This document shows positions 28,697 through 32,919 of a stretch of DNA of 32,919 nucleotides, piece after piece. Both the position numbers and the translations under genes were made by a program. Every line of letters begins with the position of its first letter. The first letter of the stretch is position 1. Location: assembly GCA_945862475.1 (NCBI GenBank), contig CAMAYW010000001.1:1-32919 (forward strand), read 5' to 3'. The notes under the pieces are model-generated. The model did no database searches. It saw nothing but the letters and a program-made list of their open reading frames with translations, and was not told the DNA's origin. Origin of the DNA: Bacteriovorax stolpii (lineage in GTDB: Bacteria > Bdellovibrionota > Bacteriovoracia > Bacteriovoracales > Bacteriovoracaceae).

Positions 28697-29080
28697 ATGA
28701 AATATATTGGCTTAATTTTACTGGTCATGTCTTGCGCTTCAAGACCGTCACTCTATCCGAATCAAAAGTTAAAAACTGTCGGTAAAGAGGCTTCACAAAA
28801 AGATATCGATCGATGTATCGCGGAAGCAGATGATTATTTAAAATCTTCTAAGGGAAAGCAAGTTGCTAAAAGTGCGGGTGCCGGTGCGGCGATTGGAGCA
28901 GCAATTGGGGCCGTGGGCGGTATGTTCACGGGAAATATGGGGCGAGGACTGGTACGTGGCGGAGCTATGGGAGCAGCGGGAGGTGCCGCAGCTGGGGCCG
29001 TTTCTCCAGATGAGCTTAAGAGAAGATACGTGAATCAGTGTTTAGCTGAGAAAGGATACCAAGTCATTGGTTGGGATTAG
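28697..29080 (+). CDS. Glycine-zipper lipoprotein
   Basis: Lipobox VMSC, GxxxG repeats (GAGAAIGAAIGAVGG...GGAMGAAGGAAAG), paired Cys and C-terminal CLAEKGYQV. GAGGAG SD. Confidence 0.85.
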   Translation: MKYIGLILLVMSCASRPSLYPNQKLKTVGKEASQKDIDRCIAEADDYLKSSKGKQVAKSAGAGAAIGAAIGAVGGMFTGNMGRGLVRGGAMGAAGGAAAGAVSPDELKRRYVNQCLAEKGYQVIGWD

Positions 29081-29089
29081 ATAAATAAA

Positions 29090-29120
29090 GGGTAACCAGA
29101 ATATTAAATTCTGATTACCC
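29090..29120 (-). terminator. Terminator hairpin between convergent genes
   Basis: Minus strand GGGTAATCAGAAT-TTAAT-ATTCTGGTTACCC (13-bp stem with one G-U pair) followed by TTTATTT. Confidence 0.7.
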
Positions 29121-29135
29121 CATTAATAATAAGTT

Positions 29136-30377
29136 TTATTCTACAGCAACTTCTCTTCCAACAACTTTGAAAGCTGGAATAAATTGAATCAGTCCTGTCG
29201 CAATCACAAGAACCATCGAAAGCATCAGATGAATATTTCCACCATGGTTTTGGTTCACAAAATACATTGTCATCATCGTTAAAAACAAACGAATACCTTC
29301 AAACTTCGCGTAAGATTTCTCCGACTCAAGAAGTTTTCCCCAACTCATAATCATGAGCCAAAGAGTGAAGATGAGGGAGAGTCTTTCAACAAGTGTAAAT
29401 GAGATATTTAAATTAATGGTTGAACTCATGAGATAAAGTCCTAAGGCCACTTGAACCATTAGGAAAACTTTTTTCATAGTAGGAACTTCAACGTTGTATT
29501 TAACAAATGTTTTTTCATTAATACGGTAACGCTCGATATGTTTCACATCATCAGGACGCCAGCCTAAAGGCATAAACCATAATCTGATTTTATCCCACCA
29601 AGACTTGGTATTCACCATATCAATAAAGAGAGCTTTCCAGAACTGAACGTAAATCTTATTAGGATTACAAGATTGAATCGGAGTCAGGCAACCATAGATA
29701 GGCTCTTCCTCTTCTTTTGCATAAGTTCCAAACATCTTGTCCCAGATAATAAATATCTCACCAAAGTTTTTATCCAGGTATTTATCATTAATAGCATGGT
29801 GAACACGGTGGTAAGCAGGAGAGTTGAAAATGATTTCATACCAGCCCATCTTTTTAATAACGCGAGTGTGGTGCCAAAGAGCAATCATGAGTTGAACGGC
29901 TGAAGCAGCGTAGATCGCCTCAGGGCGAAAACCCATAAGGGCAAGGGGCCACAGGTATGTGAATGAGAAAAGTCTTTGCGTAATACTCGCTCTCACACCC
30001 ACGAAGAGATTAAATTCTTCAGAACTATGGTGAGGCATGTGGGCCGCCCATAGAATATTAATCGCATGTCCATGGCGGTGAAACCAGTAGAAGAAAAAAT
30101 CAAACGCCACTAAGAGAAGACAAAAATTCCAGAAAGTCGTTGGAATGGTAAAAAAGCGATACTCATAAACGTAACCAAAAGACCAAACCACAAGAAAAGC
30201 GACACCCAAGTTTACACATTGGTTACCAATCGCTGTTCCCATATTGGTAACGGCTTCAAAAAAGGAGATGTACTCTTTTTTCTTAATAAGAACGTAGGCA
30301 GTCTCTATAACGATCATCAAAATGGCGATCGGAGTCAAAAGACTATAAATATTTACTAAATCCAATTCATTGCTCAT
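29136..30377 (-). CDS. Fatty acid hydroxylase/sterol desaturase family protein, alkylglycerol monooxygenase-like
   Basis: His boxes YWFHRHGH, HMPHHSSEEFNL, WHHT and HRVHH, plus YLDKNFG...IWDKMFGT and several TM segments. ATG 30377 follows an AGGAGG SD. Confidence 0.9.
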   Translation of the reverse strand: MSNELDLVNIYSLLTPIAILMIVIETAYVLIKKKEYISFFEAVTNMGTAIGNQCVNLGVAFLVVWSFGYVYEYRFFTIPTTFWNFCLLLVAFDFFFYWFHRHGHAINILWAAHMPHHSSEEFNLFVGVRASITQRLFSFTYLWPLALMGFRPEAIYAASAVQLMIALWHHTRVIKKMGWYEIIFNSPAYHRVHHAINDKYLDKNFGEIFIIWDKMFGTYAKEEEEPIYGCLTPIQSCNPNKIYVQFWKALFIDMVNTKSWWDKIRLWFMPLGWRPDDVKHIERYRINEKTFVKYNVEVPTMKKVFLMVQVALGLYLMSSTINLNISFTLVERLSLIFTLWLMIMSWGKLLESEKSYAKFEGIRLFLTMMTMYFVNQNHGGNIHLMLSMVLVIATGLIQFIPAFKVVGREVAVE

Positions 30378-30428
30378 GCTAAAACCTCCTGCTTCATGTA
30401 GCATAAAGAGGCAGAGCGTTTATGAGAA

Positions 30429-30442
30429 TTGATCAAGGTCAA
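30429..30442. promoter_or_regulatory. FNR-type operator TTGA-N6-TCAA (TTGATCAAGGTCAA)
   Basis: 9/10 match to TTGAT-N4-ATCAA, lying between the divergent desaturase and Crp/Fnr genes. Confidence 0.65.
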
Positions 30443-30443
30443 G

Positions 30444-31022
30444 ATGATGAAGTACCCCCAAATCTACGAGTATGCTAAGACTAAGTCCCCGATAAAAGAA
30501 GAGCAGTGGCTTGAATTCGAATCTGGCTTGTCTCCTGCGTCATGGAAAAAAAGTTCACTTCTTATTCGTCCGGGGGAAAAAGCTGACCTCGTTTACATCA
30601 TCTTGAAAGGTATCTTACGAAATTACTACATCTCTTCGTCGGGTCGAGAGATGACTAAGATTATCCGTGGACCTGGGGATGTGCTTGCTCCTTATCAAGA
30701 AATCCTCGCAAAAACAGATATCAAATACTTTATTCAGGCGATTACAGATGTCGAAGTTTTAGAATTTTCTTACCAAAATTTCCAATCGATGATGGATCGC
30801 TATCATGAATGGGAGAGGCTTGGAAGAATTCTTGCAGAGGAGAATTTTTTAGAAAAAGAGAAAAGAGAGTTCATGCTCATGCATATGAGTGCAGAAGAAA
30901 GATACCAAGAGTTCTTAAAAGACTTCAGTCACTTTAAAGATGAAATTCCTCAGTATCAAATTGCCAATTACCTTGGGATCTCGCCCGAGGCCCTTAACCG
31001 ACAAATTAAGAAGAAAACCTAG
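30444..31022 (+). CDS. Crp/Fnr family transcriptional regulator
   Basis: cNMP-binding barrel (LLIRPGE...YIILKGILRNYY...GRE, IQAITD), then SAEERYQEF and the HTH IPQYQIANYLGISPEALNR. Start ATG 30444 or 30447; the ORF track uses TTG 30429. Confidence 0.9.
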   Translation: MMKYPQIYEYAKTKSPIKEEQWLEFESGLSPASWKKSSLLIRPGEKADLVYIILKGILRNYYISSSGREMTKIIRGPGDVLAPYQEILAKTDIKYFIQAITDVEVLEFSYQNFQSMMDRYHEWERLGRILAEENFLEKEKREFMLMHMSAEERYQEFLKDFSHFKDEIPQYQIANYLGISPEALNRQIKKKT

Positions 31023-31058
31023 TCGAAAAGGTACCGTCTACCTTTTCGACTAGGTTTT
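31014..31058 (+). terminator. Perfect 20-bp inverted repeat, likely terminator of the Crp/Fnr gene
   Basis: AAAACCTAGTCGAAAAGGTA-CCGTC-TACCTTTTCGACTAGGTTTT. The left arm contains the TAG stop, and T-rich sequence follows. Confidence 0.75.
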
Positions 31059-31161
31059 ATTAATTTTTCATTAATATTTGAGGTTAATGGAAATTAATAC
31101 CATCTATGACTTTCTTCCTGATTAGCTAAGATCAACTAAATAACATTAAGGGAGAAGTAGA

Positions 31162-32919
31162 ATGGAATACTTGTTGGCCAACTCAGCAACAATTTGGCTT
31201 TGGTTTTTATCGGTATCAATCGCACTTTTTATTTTAAAGAAATTCTTAGTCAATGTAGGCTCTGATGAAATCGCTATAATTGAAAGACAGTATTTAGGTA
31301 AAGAGCTCGAAAAAGGGCGAGTTTTTGCAATTGATAACGAAGTGGGGCTTCAAGCTAGTTATCTTTCTCCAGGATTACATTTCATTACTTGGCCTCTCAC
31401 TGTTTTAGTGAGTAAAAATTTCTATGTGAGCATTAACTCTGATGAATTAGGAATCATAGAGGCGACCGATGGTGCATCTCTTCCTCCTGGAAGAATTTTT
31501 GCGGATGATCCAGCTGGAACACTTCATGATAATTTTCAAAATCCGGTTGCATTTTTAAAAAACGGCGGAATTAGAGGAAAGCAACTTCGCTTCCTTACCA
31601 ATGGTACATTTAAAATTCACCCGGCACTTTTTAAAGTGACTAAAATCAAGAAGACCTTTATTCCAGAAGGTATGATTGGTGTTGTAACAGCGAATGATGG
31701 AAGCGTTTTACCTGCCGGTCAGCTTTTGGGTAGGGCGATTGTTGATCATGATAATTTTCAAAATGCGGATGTCTTTTTAAGCCAAGGAGGCCAAAAGGGT
31801 CCTCAAGTCGATTTCCTTCGTCCGGGTGCTTATAACATTAACACTGAAATATTTGCGGTTGAAATAAAGCCTGCGATTCAAATTGCAGAAAATGAAATTG
31901 GTATTGTTGAGGCGAGAGATGGGGAGTCGATGCTTCGTAATGAAGTGGTGGTTACAACTCCCGAAGGTCATAATAATTTTCAAGATGGCCAAAAGTTTTT
32001 AGATGCCAAAGGTAAACGTGGTCCTCAGGAAAATGTTTTGACTCCGGGAACTTATTATATAAATCCTTATCTTTTTTCAGTGAGTAAAAGAAATCAAACG
32101 GTCGTGGCACAAGGTCAGGTCGCTGTGTTGATTTCAAACATTGGAAAAGACCCTGGAGAATTTATAAACGACGGAAGTACTGAAGCAGGATCACCAAGAC
32201 ATGTGGTTCCTCGTGGTTATAGAGGGATTCAAAAAGATGTGCTTGGCCCTGGTTCTTACAATATTAATCCACTTGCTTATGCAGTCATTATTATTCCTAC
32301 TACGACTCGTTCTGTAGATTGGAGTGGTGATCAGGATCGGGAATCCGTGAAAGATCAAAAGATGAATGACTCTGGATCAAAGTTTCATCACGTACCAGTT
32401 TCAGACAAATTTGATCCTTTTCAAGTCGTCTCTTACGATGGTTTCCCTATGCAAGTTGAGGTTCGTTGTCAGTACCGAATTCTTCCTGAAAATGCACCTT
32501 ACGTGGTTCAGAAACTGGGATCGATTAAAGAGCTTGAGGCAAATGTCATTCATCCTCAGATCGATGGGATTTTCCGAGCTCAAGTTTCAAGATCTCCGGC
32601 CATTGCTTATCAACAAAACAGAGCTGAGGAACAAAAGTCAGCTGAGGAAGCAGTGAAAGCAGATTTAAATAAATATAAAGTGGAAGTCGTGTCAGTGATG
32701 ATTACGAACATTCATTTACCAGAACAGTTAATGAAAACCACTCAGCAAAAGAACTTAGCAGAACAAGAAAAATCCATGTTCGATGCTAAAAAAGATGCTG
32801 AACAAAGAAGAATTGAATTTGAAAAAACAAAAGCTGAAGCTGATGCTCAGCTTTCTATCATTACTGCAGAGGCAGGAATAAAAGTCGCCCAACATGAGGC
32901 GAGACAAATGGAAGAACGG
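31162..32919 (+). CDS. Long SPFH (band 7/flotillin-like) protein with five N-terminal repeats and coiled coil; 3' end outside window; absent from the ORF track
   Basis: AAGGGAG SD, ATG 31162 and 586 codons without a stop (translated by hand). N-terminal TM (IWLWFLSVSIALFIL), repeats at aa ~30-378, SPFH core (VVSYDGFPMQVEVRCQYRI...NRAEEQ...VEVVSVMITNIHLP), then an A/E/K/Q-rich coil. Confidence 0.92.
   Translation, partial: MEYLLANSATIWLWFLSVSIALFILKKFLVNVGSDEIAIIERQYLGKELEKGRVFAIDNEVGLQASYLSPGLHFITWPLTVLVSKNFYVSINSDELGIIEATDGASLPPGRIFADDPAGTLHDNFQNPVAFLKNGGIRGKQLRFLTNGTFKIHPALFKVTKIKKTFIPEGMIGVVTANDGSVLPAGQLLGRAIVDHDNFQNADVFLSQGGQKGPQVDFLRPGAYNINTEIFAVEIKPAIQIAENEIGIVEARDGESMLRNEVVVTTPEGHNNFQDGQKFLDAKGKRGPQENVLTPGTYYINPYLFSVSKRNQTVVAQGQVAVLISNIGKDPGEFINDGSTEAGSPRHVVPRGYRGIQKDVLGPGSYNINPLAYAVIIIPTTTRSVDWSGDQDRESVKDQKMNDSGSKFHHVPVSDKFDPFQVVSYDGFPMQVEVRCQYRILPENAPYVVQKLGSIKELEANVIHPQIDGIFRAQVSRSPAIAYQQNRAEEQKSAEEAVKADLNKYKVEVVSVMITNIHLPEQLMKTTQQKNLAEQEKSMFDAKKDAEQRRIEFEKTKAEADAQLSIITAEAGIKVAQHEARQMEER
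31249..32295 (+). repeat. Five tandem ~59-76-aa protein repeats inside the SPFH gene
   Basis: Approximate consensus I/VxxxEIGIVxAxDG...HxNFQ...FL..GG.RGxQ...LxPGxYxINP. The HxNFQ codons start at 31525, 31747 and 31969 (exact 222-nt period). The 19-mer TCATGATAATTTTCAAAAT occurs at both 31524 and 31746. Confidence 0.85.

Noticed and set aside
867-29903. Other short (60-120 aa) ORFs of the track, e.g. 867-1190, 9775-11712, 25438-25909, 26161-26918
   Set aside because: They lie largely inside or opposite well-supported genes and show no recognisable motifs.
31524-31986. Regularly spaced 19-nt repeats as a CRISPR-like array
   Set aside because: They are the in-frame HxNFQ codons of protein repeats, 222 nt apart, and no cas genes are present.
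31777-32656. Short ORFs 31777-31992, 31952-32137, 32366-32656 and 32401-32583
   Set aside because: They are antisense or off-frame shadows of the long SPFH ORF starting at 31162.

Overview
Gene-dense, AT-rich bacterial chromosomal window, most consistent with a predatory Bdellovibrionota of the Bacteriovoracaceae type. That assignment is inference from gene content, RxP(A/S)S motifs and sigma28-like boxes. The left part is housekeeping: the end of a sigma54-type activator, an orphan FliL-like gene, accA-yicC-gmk-rel/spoT (no rpoZ), maeB-ridA-DUF218, a Na+:solute symporter and an ABC-F ATPase. The middle holds a secreted glycosidase-like protein, an AlkB-type dioxygenase and an operon of GNAT, LuxE-like and LuxC/PaaK-like fusion genes with no luciferase genes; the fusion is broken by one in-frame TGA at a conserved Gly. 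The right part has hppA, a putative outer-membrane protein, an ankyrin protein, an orphan HipB-like regulator, TerC, a Gly-zipper lipoprotein, and a desaturase/Crp-Fnr divergon with an FNR-type box. A gene missing from the ORF track starts at 31162 and runs off the window: a membrane-anchored SPFH protein with five tandem N-terminal repeats and a coiled coil, a domain order resembling major vault protein. Several genes look leaderless. I saw no tRNA, rRNA, CRISPR array or mobile element. All calls come from reading motifs by eye; no searches were run.
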